From the sequence record LR535910.1: 64,000 nt of DNA. One strand, 5' to 3'. Position numbers and translations under genes: made by a program. Below the pieces are notes generated by a model. It had not been told where the DNA came from. It worked only from the letters and a program-made list of their open reading frames with translations, and ran no database searches. The stretch's first letter is position 1; every line of letters begins with the position of its first letter. Positions 28,646 through 36,828 of this stretch are shown here, in pieces.

Positions 28646-30823
28646 ATGTCCTACACTCCTGATTTAGTGGCGACCGTGATTCGGTCGCTCAACCGTAAAA
28701 ACGCGGTCGCCAAAGCAGTAGACCCCGCTAACGTACGCCTGGTGTCCGTGGCGCATCGTGACGAAAAAACCCTAGACGTCACACTGACAGGGGGTCCGGG
28801 GTATTCGAATTACGGTCAAATTACGGCCCAGGTCACGAAACAAAATATTGCTGATTATTTCGCTAAGGTTAAGTTGGATGCCATTCCCACTTGTGCATCC
28901 ATTCACGAACTGTTGCCGCATTTAGACACTTTACTGGGGATTACCTTTTTAACCGACGACTTTGAAGACCTGCCTATCACTTGGACAAACAATGCTGCGC
29001 GCATCACGTTCCAGGCGAAACAGACAAGTCTTGTCTGGTACGGCAGCCAAACGCTAGATGTGATAAACGGCGACGTGGATATCAACACCGTCTACACTGT
29101 TACCAATATCATTCTCACGCTAAAGGCTGCGAATAAACAGCAGTGGATTAACTTCTACTCTAATGCAGTCAAACGGATCGTGGATCTTGATAAAGTCGAT
29201 GTCAGCGCCCCGATGTCCCCGGAGGATATAGGCCAAACCTCTGCGTATAACAGCGTCGTGGCTTTGACCGCTAGACCGGGGAGCGGGATGTTTGGAACGA
29301 AGTATGTGTTCTTTTCACGTAACAAACTCGAGACATATGCAGGCAAAACCACATACGTCCCGGATGATTTCACCGGTAGCCTGCACGATGCTCTGGCCAT
29401 CGAGACACTCGGCATTCGGAGTGTATTTGATGTAAACGAAATTGCTCCTGTAGAGAACTTGGCAGGCGAGTGGCCAAGACAAGTGCAATTGGCACCCGTG
29501 GAGGGTTCGTACAAAGTCATGGGCAGTGCCACGTTGAATGTGGCACGCTATCAAGATAACGAGCAAACCCTTAACCTGAACTACACAACTACGTCGCAAG
29601 TTTCGGACAGCTACTGGGCCACGACGTTGACCAACCATGCGGCGTGCGGGCGTTTGTTTGTTAACGTGACCGTAGATGCGGGGGCTTTCGTTTATCGCGA
29701 CAGCAACCTGAAACCGACGTTCGTTATCGACGAATTGCCGCAAATTGGCGAGGTGGTTTGGAACTTCGTTAACCGGGGAACCATTCTTGGTCGCGGTGGT
29801 TCGGGTATGGTCTATTCTCTGCCTGCGAACACATCAGCAGACGGAGCTGACGCAATCCACATTACCGATACCTTCCGCGGCAAAGTCACCATCGAAAACT
29901 ACGGCACCATCGCCGGAGGTGGGGGTGGGGGCGACTACTATGCGTTTAGCACCACCAAGATCGGTGGAGCTGGTGGTGCGCCTCTCGGGCCAGGCGCGGC
30001 GGTACCCAGCGGCACCAATAACCGTAACGGCTTAGCTGGGTCCCGTGACAAAGGCGGTGCTACCCAGTTAGTCGTCGCACAATTTACCGGCTACCAGAGT
30101 CGCTACTATGGCGGTCCTGGTGGCGATTGGGGCCAGCCGGGACGATATACAGCGTTCGAGCAATGGAACACCCCGGCTACCGGCTCGCCGGTCTATGTCT
30201 ACGGTCGTGAAGACGGGATGTCATGGACTCGCCCTGGGATGGCAGGCGAAGCCGTCGGTGGGAATAAAAGTATCGTCAACTGGGTATCCGTCGGAACGGT
30301 GAAACCGAATGTCACCGACGAGTACCAAGAGTTCCTCGACTACCTCGCAGATTTAGATGCCAACCGATTGGCCAGTGCGGATGGGATAGATAAAGTCACC
30401 GACCCAACCAAACCTGTAGTTGTGGAGTTCTTAGGTACGATTATTTCAGGTACGCTGTTCAAAAAGCAAAACATACCCGGCGGTTTGGTGGGAACACCAT
30501 ACGGCGATGCTGTAGCCAACTTACCAGCCACCACATTGTTTGGTATCATGGCACACTGTGTATCGGAGTTTGATATTGTGCACGACACTTGGCGTTACAA
30601 CCGCGCGGTAATGTTCACCCTAAAACCTGCGCCTACCGGAGTGATTGGCCTCGCTGTGGAACGCAACCGGGTGAAATCGGCTACCAGTAGTGCACCGGTG
30701 GAGAGGTTCTATGTCGATCGCTTCGTGTATTACGATGCGTATCTCGGTAAAATGATGGAATGTAATCCGTATACCAAATCTGCCCCTAAACCGTGGGTGC
30801 GGCCAACGATACCGTTATCGTAA
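28646..30823 (+). CDS. Putative receptor-binding protein: two anchor-like domains plus a gp38-like polyglycine adhesin domain
   Basis: FVNRGTILGRGG...GADAI...IENYGTIAGGGGGG...GGAGGAPLG...GGPGGDWGQPG...AGEAV.G...W..VG follows the glycine-rich motif order of T2/S16 gp38. Confidence 0.65.
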   Translation: MSYTPDLVATVIRSLNRKNAVAKAVDPANVRLVSVAHRDEKTLDVTLTGGPGYSNYGQITAQVTKQNIADYFAKVKLDAIPTCASIHELLPHLDTLLGITFLTDDFEDLPITWTNNAARITFQAKQTSLVWYGSQTLDVINGDVDINTVYTVTNIILTLKAANKQQWINFYSNAVKRIVDLDKVDVSAPMSPEDIGQTSAYNSVVALTARPGSGMFGTKYVFFSRNKLETYAGKTTYVPDDFTGSLHDALAIETLGIRSVFDVNEIAPVENLAGEWPRQVQLAPVEGSYKVMGSATLNVARYQDNEQTLNLNYTTTSQVSDSYWATTLTNHAACGRLFVNVTVDAGAFVYRDSNLKPTFVIDELPQIGEVVWNFVNRGTILGRGGSGMVYSLPANTSADGADAIHITDTFRGKVTIENYGTIAGGGGGGDYYAFSTTKIGGAGGAPLGPGAAVPSGTNNRNGLAGSRDKGGATQLVVAQFTGYQSRYYGGPGGDWGQPGRYTAFEQWNTPATGSPVYVYGREDGMSWTRPGMAGEAVGGNKSIVNWVSVGTVKPNVTDEYQEFLDYLADLDANRLASADGIDKVTDPTKPVVVEFLGTIISGTLFKKQNIPGGLVGTPYGDAVANLPATTLFGIMAHCVSEFDIVHDTWRYNRAVMFTLKPAPTGVIGLAVERNRVKSATSSAPVERFYVDRFVYYDAYLGKMMECNPYTKSAPKPWVRPTIPLS

Positions 30824-30869
30824 TTTAACGAGGAACTTGACGGGTTTAAAGCCTGAAGATAACCCATGC

Positions 30870-30901
30870 CCTCTTCCCCACGGGGAAGAGGCTTTCTTTT
30901 T
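30870..30901 (+). terminator. Rho-independent terminator
   Basis: CCTCTTCCCC-AC-GGGGAAGAGG followed by CTTTCTTTTT. Confidence 0.75.
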
Positions 30902-30928
30902 ATGACCCTATCAACTCAGGAGGTTATC

Positions 30929-31519
30929 GTGGTCGATCGTTGGAGTAAAGAGGGCATTATTCGTGCCAAAGTAAACATCGAAGCCGGTTACGTTAATAAC
31001 CCGAAAGATTTGGGCAAAGCAACGAACCGCGGTGTCACCGAACTCACTGCGCGCGAATATGGCTATAAAGGGGATATGCGTGACCTGAGCTTAGAAATCG
31101 CGTTAGACATTTACAACAAGCTCTGGTGGCAGCGGATGCGTTTAGACCAGATTATGAAAATGAATGTCCTGCTAGCTGACCGAATGTTTGATTTCGGCAT
31201 TAACGCAGGACGTGGTAACTGTATCAAGTCCCTGCAACGTATTCTGAACGTATTAAACCGTCAGGGTAAACTATACGATGATATCGATGCCGATGGTGGT
31301 ATCGGGCCACGTACGTTAACAGCGTTAGAAGGCTTCATCAAAGCCCGTGGGGAAGAGGGCCTGAATCGACTGATGTTCGCTTTAACCTGTCATCAGGTTG
31401 CGTATTACACGGAAATCAGTGAAGGGCGTGAGGATAACGAAGAGTTTACTTACGGCTGGTATGGCCGCGTCTATCAGGAAATGCCAGACTACGTGGCTAA
31501 GTTGGGGATGTGCAAATGA
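30929..31519 (+). CDS. Endolysin, glycoside hydrolase family 108 with C-terminal peptidoglycan-binding domain
   Basis: EAGYVNNPKDLGKATNRGVT matches the GH108 EGGY..P.D.GG.T..G.T motif; FDFGINAG, LQRILN and DGGIGPRTL are typical; AGGAGG RBS supports GTG 30929. Confidence 0.85.
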   Translation: MVDRWSKEGIIRAKVNIEAGYVNNPKDLGKATNRGVTELTAREYGYKGDMRDLSLEIALDIYNKLWWQRMRLDQIMKMNVLLADRMFDFGINAGRGNCIKSLQRILNVLNRQGKLYDDIDADGGIGPRTLTALEGFIKARGEEGLNRLMFALTCHQVAYYTEISEGREDNEEFTYGWYGRVYQEMPDYVAKLGMCK

Positions 31520-31617
31520 AACAGAATTGGTTTGCTGCCTTAATGAAAGCTATCTGGCGCGCCCTTGTTTTTGCCGCAAGGAGAAAACGTAATGACCCAC
31601 CGTCCAACTCCGCCTAA
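31516..31617 (+). CDS. Tiny ORF, 33 aa, amphipathic and basic (not in ORF track)
   Basis: ATGA overlap with the endolysin stop; MKQNWFAALMKAIWRALVFAARRKRNDPPSNSA. Confidence 0.4.
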   Translation: MKQNWFAALMKAIWRALVFAARRKRNDPPSNSA

Positions 31618-31744
31618 GTTCCCCGAAGTACAAACCGTTCCGGAAACGTATTACGATTCTGGGTTCTTCAAACTATTACGCGCGATCTTCTGTCGGAGGG
31701 TAAAGCCATGCAATACGACAACGACGACTGGCCGAAAGGCTTAA
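31592..31744 (+). CDS. Tiny ORF, 50 aa (not in ORF track)
   Basis: AAGGAG RBS before ATG 31592; MTHRPTPPKFPEVQTVPETYYDSGFFKLLRAIFCRR... Confidence 0.45.
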   Translation: MTHRPTPPKFPEVQTVPETYYDSGFFKLLRAIFCRRVKPCNTTTTTGRKA

Positions 31745-31800
31745 TGCCCATTTTACTGGGATTAATGGTCCTCACGATGCTCGTGCGTTATATGACGTGA
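31708..31800 (+). CDS. Tiny single-transmembrane ORF, 30 aa (not in ORF track)
   Basis: GGAGGG RBS; MQYDNDDWPKGLMPILLGLMVLTMLVRYMT, with an acidic N-terminus and one hydrophobic helix. Confidence 0.5.
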   Translation: MQYDNDDWPKGLMPILLGLMVLTMLVRYMT

Positions 31801-31807
31801 GGTCAGT

Positions 31808-32449
31808 ATGGAAGCACTTAAGTATAAGTTGTTAGAGAAGCCGTGGTTTATCCTCACGGATGATTTCCATTTCGAGTTTACGTTGCGCAGCCTCTATCGT
31901 GAACAGACCGGAATGGATGCGATGGTAGCATTAGCAGGTGTGCATCCGGATACCCCGTTATGGGTAACGGTACCGAGAGGATTTGTGACGGACCTGGCAA
32001 GCATTCCAGAAGCGTTACGTCCTATCCTGCATCCGGATGGGCCTTGGGCCGCTGCCGCTTGTGTGCATGATTTGTTTTACCAGAAACGTTCATCGGTAGG
32101 CTTTTACCCTGACACTGTCGAAGGTAATCTATCTCGTGCATGTGACAAAACATTCGCTGACCTGATGTTCTTACGTATCATGGAGGCATTAGGCGTTGAC
32201 ACCTTTATTCGTAAGTCCTTCTACCATGCCGTTCACGAGTTTGGTTGGCCGTCCTATGTAGACGATAACTCTAAGGTGGTTTATAGCCGGCCGGTAGAAA
32301 AGACGTTGTCCTATAATCGCAACTACCTGTTCTTTAGAACGTCGCGTACGTTAGCGATTCCTGAACACGAACGTGTTGACATTACTAATGGGCAACCGGT
32401 AAACGTGCAGTATTTGAATATCAAACGTGCGTTCCTGACTGCCCCTTAA
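31808..32449 (+). CDS. DUF1353 domain protein
   Basis: VTVPRGFVTDLASIP...WAAAACVHDLFY...AD.MF...M...GV is the DUF1353 signature. Confidence 0.8.
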   Translation: MEALKYKLLEKPWFILTDDFHFEFTLRSLYREQTGMDAMVALAGVHPDTPLWVTVPRGFVTDLASIPEALRPILHPDGPWAAAACVHDLFYQKRSSVGFYPDTVEGNLSRACDKTFADLMFLRIMEALGVDTFIRKSFYHAVHEFGWPSYVDDNSKVVYSRPVEKTLSYNRNYLFFRTSRTLAIPEHERVDITNGQPVNVQYLNIKRAFLTAP

Positions 32450-32458
32450 GGAGAGAAA

Positions 32459-32974
32459 ATGTTTCATCCGAATCCTGCCAACTTCGCGTTAAAAGAGTTG
32501 ATGCCGCAGGAATACATCGCGAAATACGGTGAAGGTGCTATTCGTTTCCTTAATCCGTTACTGCTAATCTCGCTCCAACAGATTCGTAATCGTTTTGGGC
32601 GGATGGTGATTTTAACCAGTTCCCAGCAACAGCGTAGTCTGCGTACCCTGCAGTTCTTTATTAATCAAGAGAAACCAAAGGGTGGGGATTGGCAAACTCG
32701 TGCAAACAAACTGTACGCCGAATCGGGCAGTATGCATAAATTCGGTAATGCGTTTGATGCAACAATGCTTGATACTCCGTTGCAGAAAGTACACGACTAT
32801 ATTGCCGCGAACCCTAACGAGTTTCCGTTTATTCACTTTATCGAGTGCGATATTACCTGGCTGCATGTTGACGTACGCAACCAGCCTGATATCACCTTCT
32901 GGTCACCGACACGTGGTACCGTTAAAGTGGTTAAGCAACAACCCATCGATTGGAGCAAGCTAGTTAAAATCTAA
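32459..32974 (+). CDS. Peptidase M15 family zinc endopeptidase (putative second cell-wall hydrolase)
   Basis: SMHKFGNAFD (SxHxxGxAxD) and WLHVDVR (HxD) zinc-ligand motifs. Confidence 0.8.
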   Translation: MFHPNPANFALKELMPQEYIAKYGEGAIRFLNPLLLISLQQIRNRFGRMVILTSSQQQRSLRTLQFFINQEKPKGGDWQTRANKLYAESGSMHKFGNAFDATMLDTPLQKVHDYIAANPNEFPFIHFIECDITWLHVDVRNQPDITFWSPTRGTVKVVKQQPIDWSKLVKI

Positions 32975-33067
32975 GCCACTTTAATCAAAAGTAATATCAT
33001 TTATCATTTGATACGTTTAATGCGCGTAGAGAGCGTTACAGAGCGTTTTAGAGGGTAAATAAAGCCC

Positions 33068-33110
33068 TTACCCACTCCCCTTACGGGAGTGGGTAAACAC
33101 TATTTATTTT
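33068..33110. terminator. Probable bidirectional terminator between convergent genes
   Basis: TTACCCACTCCC-CTTAC-GGGAGTGGGTAA with A/T-rich flanks. Confidence 0.7.
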
Positions 33111-33591
33111 CTTCTAACGGAACAATCGTAATCGGAGTAGGAACTTCACCGATAAACCCGCTGCTGCAGCGAAAGAATGTCATCCCTTTACCTTCGCCGG
33201 TATACGGGTTCACATCCGAAAAAGAGTAAGTGGGGCTATCGTTTACGGTTTTATTAATACGGTAATAACGCTCACCTGTGGTGGTGTTAACATTCCCGTC
33301 GATTTTGCCAATTGTATCTTTAAACATCATCGGTGACTCTAGTTTGCCACCGTCCCACGCTGCTACCCAGTTTGCACCCACATCCATTACTGTTACTGAC
33401 CGCGGCATCATTTGTAGGTTGTCCAGTACCGGACGGTAGTCTACAAACTTCTCCTGCGTCCCTGTGCATGTATAAATCACCAAGTCGTGATTCTTTACTG
33501 GTGTGGCGCTAAATTGTCCTATGTTGCTTGGCGACTGAACACAACCGGCCAACAGGTTTATAATCGCGAATACGATAAATAGACGTTTCAT
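33100..33591 (-). CDS. Phage-encoded lipoprotein
   Basis: MKR plus hydrophobic stretch plus lipobox LLAG-C17; lone gene in opposite orientation. Confidence 0.75.
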   Translation of the reverse strand: MKRLFIVFAIINLLAGCVQSPSNIGQFSATPVKNHDLVIYTCTGTQEKFVDYRPVLDNLQMMPRSVTVMDVGANWVAAWDGGKLESPMMFKDTIGKIDGNVNTTTGERYYRINKTVNDSPTYSFSDVNPYTGEGKGMTFFRCSSGFIGEVPTPITIVPLEENK

Positions 33592-33714
33592 AGAGTACCT
33601 TTCAGTGGTAAAAAATTTCTCGTTTAACAGCCAACTTTACTGCCATATTAAGCCCACTATGTTGTTTTTAGAACGATTTAGTATGCACCACAAACCTACT
33701 ATAAGGAAACAACC

Positions 33715-34242
33715 ATGGCAGTCATCTCTGCAAAAGACCAACTCGTTGCGCTGTTTAATGCTGCAAACAGCGGACTGTCTAGTCCGTTAACTTCTGCTGA
33801 CGTTACATTCGGCGCTGTTGCTGACTATTCACCAGCAGATTCTGGAGACACTCGCAACTCCAAACTCACCATCACTGCCACCGCGGAATCCGCTAACTTT
33901 ACTGGCGAGAAAGAGCTGCATTATACCCGCCTCGATTCATCGAACATCATCGGTGCGAAAGCAGTTACCGCTGACCAGGCAGAATGGGATACCGATGAAG
34001 AAGTGCTTGCTTTTGTCAACGCAGATCTAATTGCCGCCGGTAAAACGGAAGATGCGTTTGCATTGTCTGAACTCACCATTTCACGCGAGGACGGCGACAG
34101 TGGTGAGAAAATCATCACTGTTATGGTGAAAGAAGGCCACATTAAATACCAACCTGCCAGCCTTGCAGTTTATACTGTAACGCAGCCAATCGTTAAAACT
34201 GACCTGAGCACCACCAACGGTGAACTGGACGGATTCGTTTAA
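33715..34242 (+). CDS. Stand-alone anchor-domain virion protein ending TDLSTTNGELDGFV
   Basis: LFNAAN...TRNSKL...HYTRLD pattern and the same C-terminal motif as the cassette A genes; AAGGA RBS; own terminator. Confidence 0.75.
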   Translation: MAVISAKDQLVALFNAANSGLSSPLTSADVTFGAVADYSPADSGDTRNSKLTITATAESANFTGEKELHYTRLDSSNIIGAKAVTADQAEWDTDEEVLAFVNADLIAAGKTEDAFALSELTISREDGDSGEKIITVMVKEGHIKYQPASLAVYTVTQPIVKTDLSTTNGELDGFV

Positions 34243-34270
34243 CAAAACAACTTAGTAGTTTCTAAGAAAT

Positions 34271-34320
34271 AAATAAAAGGTACCTACCTCCCTTCGGGGA
34301 GGTAGGGCCTTTATTTTCTT
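34271..34320. terminator. Bidirectional terminator closing the minus-strand fibre/radical SAM operon
   Basis: AAATAAAAGG-TA-CCTACCTCCC-TTCG-GGGAGGTAGG-G-CCTTTATTTT. Confidence 0.85.
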
Positions 34321-34323
34321 TGC

Positions 34324-34995
34324 TTACATGCCGAGTGACTCGGACAATGTTTTTAATCCAGTGTAATCGCGCTTTTCAGCTAACTCACGGATTTGGCGTT
34401 TGTTATCTGCCATTGCTGAGTGCAACACTTGGTCACGTGCAACAATAGCGGCCAGCAACGCTTTACATTGGGCTACTGTAAACGGACTGTGCTTAGTATT
34501 CAGCGTATCGAGCCAGTATTCTGGTGCGGTATCTGCCTGAATGTATTGACCGAGGATGGTACGCGACGATTCATCGGCTTGAAAGTGACTACCTTCAAAC
34601 TCGATATAACCATGGCGCTCATCTTCGTAGCGGTGGTCGAGTTCCAACAGCATCTTCTGCACGTCTTCGTAAATGTAACGTGCGGTAGATTTCAGATTCC
34701 CGCGAATTTCGTCGAGGTCAATCTCCAGCACATTAGCAATAAACTCTTTCGTGCGTTTCAATGTGAAGTTAGCTTCAATCTCCGACATCTCATACAGCTT
34801 CATGCGTGCCAGGGCTTCTTTATCAGACATCCCTTCGATGAGATGGTAATGGAGTAATGCACAAAATCCGGTACGGCCCTGATCCTGCGCACCGATTCGT
34901 TCCATGAAATTACCGTGACGATCAATCGGCAAATCACGCTGGAAATAACGGGCGCGGATCTCTTCGTTCGTTAAGCTTTTGTCAGTAACAGACAT
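34324..34995 (-). CDS. DUF4376 domain protein (tail-fibre-assembly type)
   Basis: C-terminal GYIEFEGSHFQADESSR...YWLDTLN...FTVAQCKALLAAI pattern. Confidence 0.65.
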   Translation of the reverse strand: MSVTDKSLTNEEIRARYFQRDLPIDRHGNFMERIGAQDQGRTGFCALLHYHLIEGMSDKEALARMKLYEMSEIEANFTLKRTKEFIANVLEIDLDEIRGNLKSTARYIYEDVQKMLLELDHRYEDERHGYIEFEGSHFQADESSRTILGQYIQADTAPEYWLDTLNTKHSPFTVAQCKALLAAIVARDQVLHSAMADNKRQIRELAEKRDYTGLKTLSESLGM

Positions 34996-35537
34996 TCGTC
35001 CTCCTCAATCAGGCCAAGTTCTAACAACAAACCGAAGTCCAGCATCTGGAAGTCCTGATCGAGGTTACCGGCCCACAACAGAGAAATGTTGTGTTGCTCT
35101 TCTTCTTCCAACTGCGGGAGCAGGTGTTCTTCGAAGATTTGACGCTCTGTGTAATAAGCGTCAACCGGGTTATTGGAGCGTAAGTTACGAATACGCATCC
35201 GCGGGAATGACAAGCCCAACGCCACTAAACTTTCAGGACTGGCTTCATCAATAGAGTGACGTAGCAGTTCGATTTTGTGGCGTGGGTATGCAAGCAGTCG
35301 CTTCTCAAAGCCAGGGTTGCGCTTTTCGATTTCCGCGACAGACTCGTGTCCTTTCTCAACGCAGTAGACCGGGATCATCACATTCAGCCCGTATTTAATC
35401 AACAGGCTTTGGATTTCATCAGTGAAGTCTTCCCCTGCCACAATTGCGTGCACATTGTACAGCTTGCTTTTGCGCAGGAAGCGATCGACCAAGTGCAGTT
35501 TACGCTTCGTAAAATTGTGAATCAGTATTGACTTCAT
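34971..35537 (-). CDS. Unknown protein of the radical SAM cluster, 188 aa (start reassigned)
   Basis: GGAG RBS before the ATG at 35537; overlaps both neighbours. Confidence 0.7.
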   Translation of the reverse strand: MKSILIHNFTKRKLHLVDRFLRKSKLYNVHAIVAGEDFTDEIQSLLIKYGLNVMIPVYCVEKGHESVAEIEKRNPGFEKRLLAYPRHKIELLRHSIDEASPESLVALGLSFPRMRIRNLRSNNPVDAYYTERQIFEEHLLPQLEEEEQHNISLLWAGNLDQDFQMLDFGLLLELGLIEEDECLLLTKA

Positions 35538-36828
35538 TCTGGGCTCCGTTTTGTAATTTTTCTGCTTCAGCACGTTGGCGTACACAACGTGAACAATAGC
35601 ACATGGATTTATCATGCAAATCTGATGCGCGAGTCGTACCAGTTTTCTGATACCAATATTCCGCCGCCATCAGCTTCGCAGTAGTCCAACCACACTGACG
35701 ACGCTCGGCGTGATACGCTTTACGGTCTTCCAGTGTACCTTCACCGTTTTCGTACGATGCTGCTGCGCAGCTACCGCAGCTGTGTTTCATCGGACACCCT
35801 AAACAGGTTTCTGGGTAGTTGGTGTACTGCGTTTGAATCTCTTCTAACAGCTTACCACCGTCCAGGCTCACAAACTCACGACCGACCAGTTCTGCTACAG
35901 CAGAACGGGAAGTTACCGTGGACATGAAACGGTTACAACCGTAAATCTTGCGATCAAAGCCGAGACAGGTCATGTGCGTCAACGTACCGCAGTACGGTTT
36001 CAGGCGTTCTGGGTCGAGACGAACAGAGTCGTCATGTAAGAGTTTGTCACGCCAATCCGGGTCCCAAGTTGCCATAAAGTTCAGGCCATCCGGGATGATG
36101 TGCGTAATCGTGTTACGCGGGTTGGTGTGCAGACCCTTCTCAATCCAGTAGTCCATCACGTCCATCATCTGGTTCGCGATATCCAACGCCATATGGCGCG
36201 GCAGGATATCTTCGTACGTTACGTTACCAGAAATGGTACCACCGCCGGACATGTCAATTAACGATTTCATGCTGGCGGCATAGTGCGGCAATGTATCGAT
36301 CGTAAACGTCGCCTTTACGCCCAGCTCAGCGATGCCAACACTCTTCAGGTAATTGTAACCGCGTACCGCAGCTTCGTACGACCCTTCACGCGTCGTGGTA
36401 AAGATACGATATTTGTCATGGACTTCAGGTAAACCATCGATGGAGACCCCAATAGACAGTTTGTCTTTCCAGCGCTCGATAATTTCTTTGTTCAGCGGAC
36501 GGTCCAGAAGCGTACCGTTCGTGGAGATACTGAACATATACGGGCGATTGTGTTCTGCGCATAACTTCTCTGCGGTTTCAAAGGCCGCCAAAAGAAGTTT
36601 AGGCTGCATGAACGGCTCACCACCGATGATATCGATGATGACTTCAACGTTCGGGATATCTTTATCACGCTCGAAACAAGCGTGGATAAAATCAATCACG
36701 TCTGCTACTTTGTTGTTACGCGGATATTTACGCTCGTAGCAGTATTCGCAGTCCAGGTTACATGACAGGTTAGTCACAACCTGATACGTGCGTGGTGTGT
36801 ACTGGATTTGCTGTTCGCTATTACTCAT
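35500..36828 (-). CDS. Radical SAM enzyme with SPASM-type C-terminal domain (putative peptide maturase)
   Basis: CNLDCEYC (CX3CX2C), GGEP, SISTNGTLL, VSIDG; auxiliary Cys motifs YCGTLTHMTCLGFDRKIYGC and CLGCPMKHSCGSC...QC; extra C-terminal CYCSRC. Confidence 0.9.
   Translation of the reverse strand: MSNSEQQIQYTPRTYQVVTNLSCNLDCEYCYERKYPRNNKVADVIDFIHACFERDKDIPNVEVIIDIIGGEPFMQPKLLLAAFETAEKLCAEHNRPYMFSISTNGTLLDRPLNKEIIERWKDKLSIGVSIDGLPEVHDKYRIFTTTREGSYEAAVRGYNYLKSVGIAELGVKATFTIDTLPHYAASMKSLIDMSGGGTISGNVTYEDILPRHMALDIANQMMDVMDYWIEKGLHTNPRNTITHIIPDGLNFMATWDPDWRDKLLHDDSVRLDPERLKPYCGTLTHMTCLGFDRKIYGCNRFMSTVTSRSAVAELVGREFVSLDGGKLLEEIQTQYTNYPETCLGCPMKHSCGSCAAASYENGEGTLEDRKAYHAERRQCGWTTAKLMAAEYWYQKTGTTRASDLHDKSMCYCSRCVRQRAEAEKLQNGAQNEVNTDSQFYEA

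Noticed and set aside
30866-30928. Extended N-terminus of the endolysin (possible SAR or signal)
   Set aside because: The extension runs through a terminator hairpin and is not hydrophobic; the AGGAGG site supports GTG 30929.
33100-33591. Rz/Rz1 spanin pair
   Set aside because: No overlapping or adjacent inner-membrane coiled-coil partner; the lipoprotein is larger than typical o-spanins, not Pro-rich, and inverted relative to the lysins.
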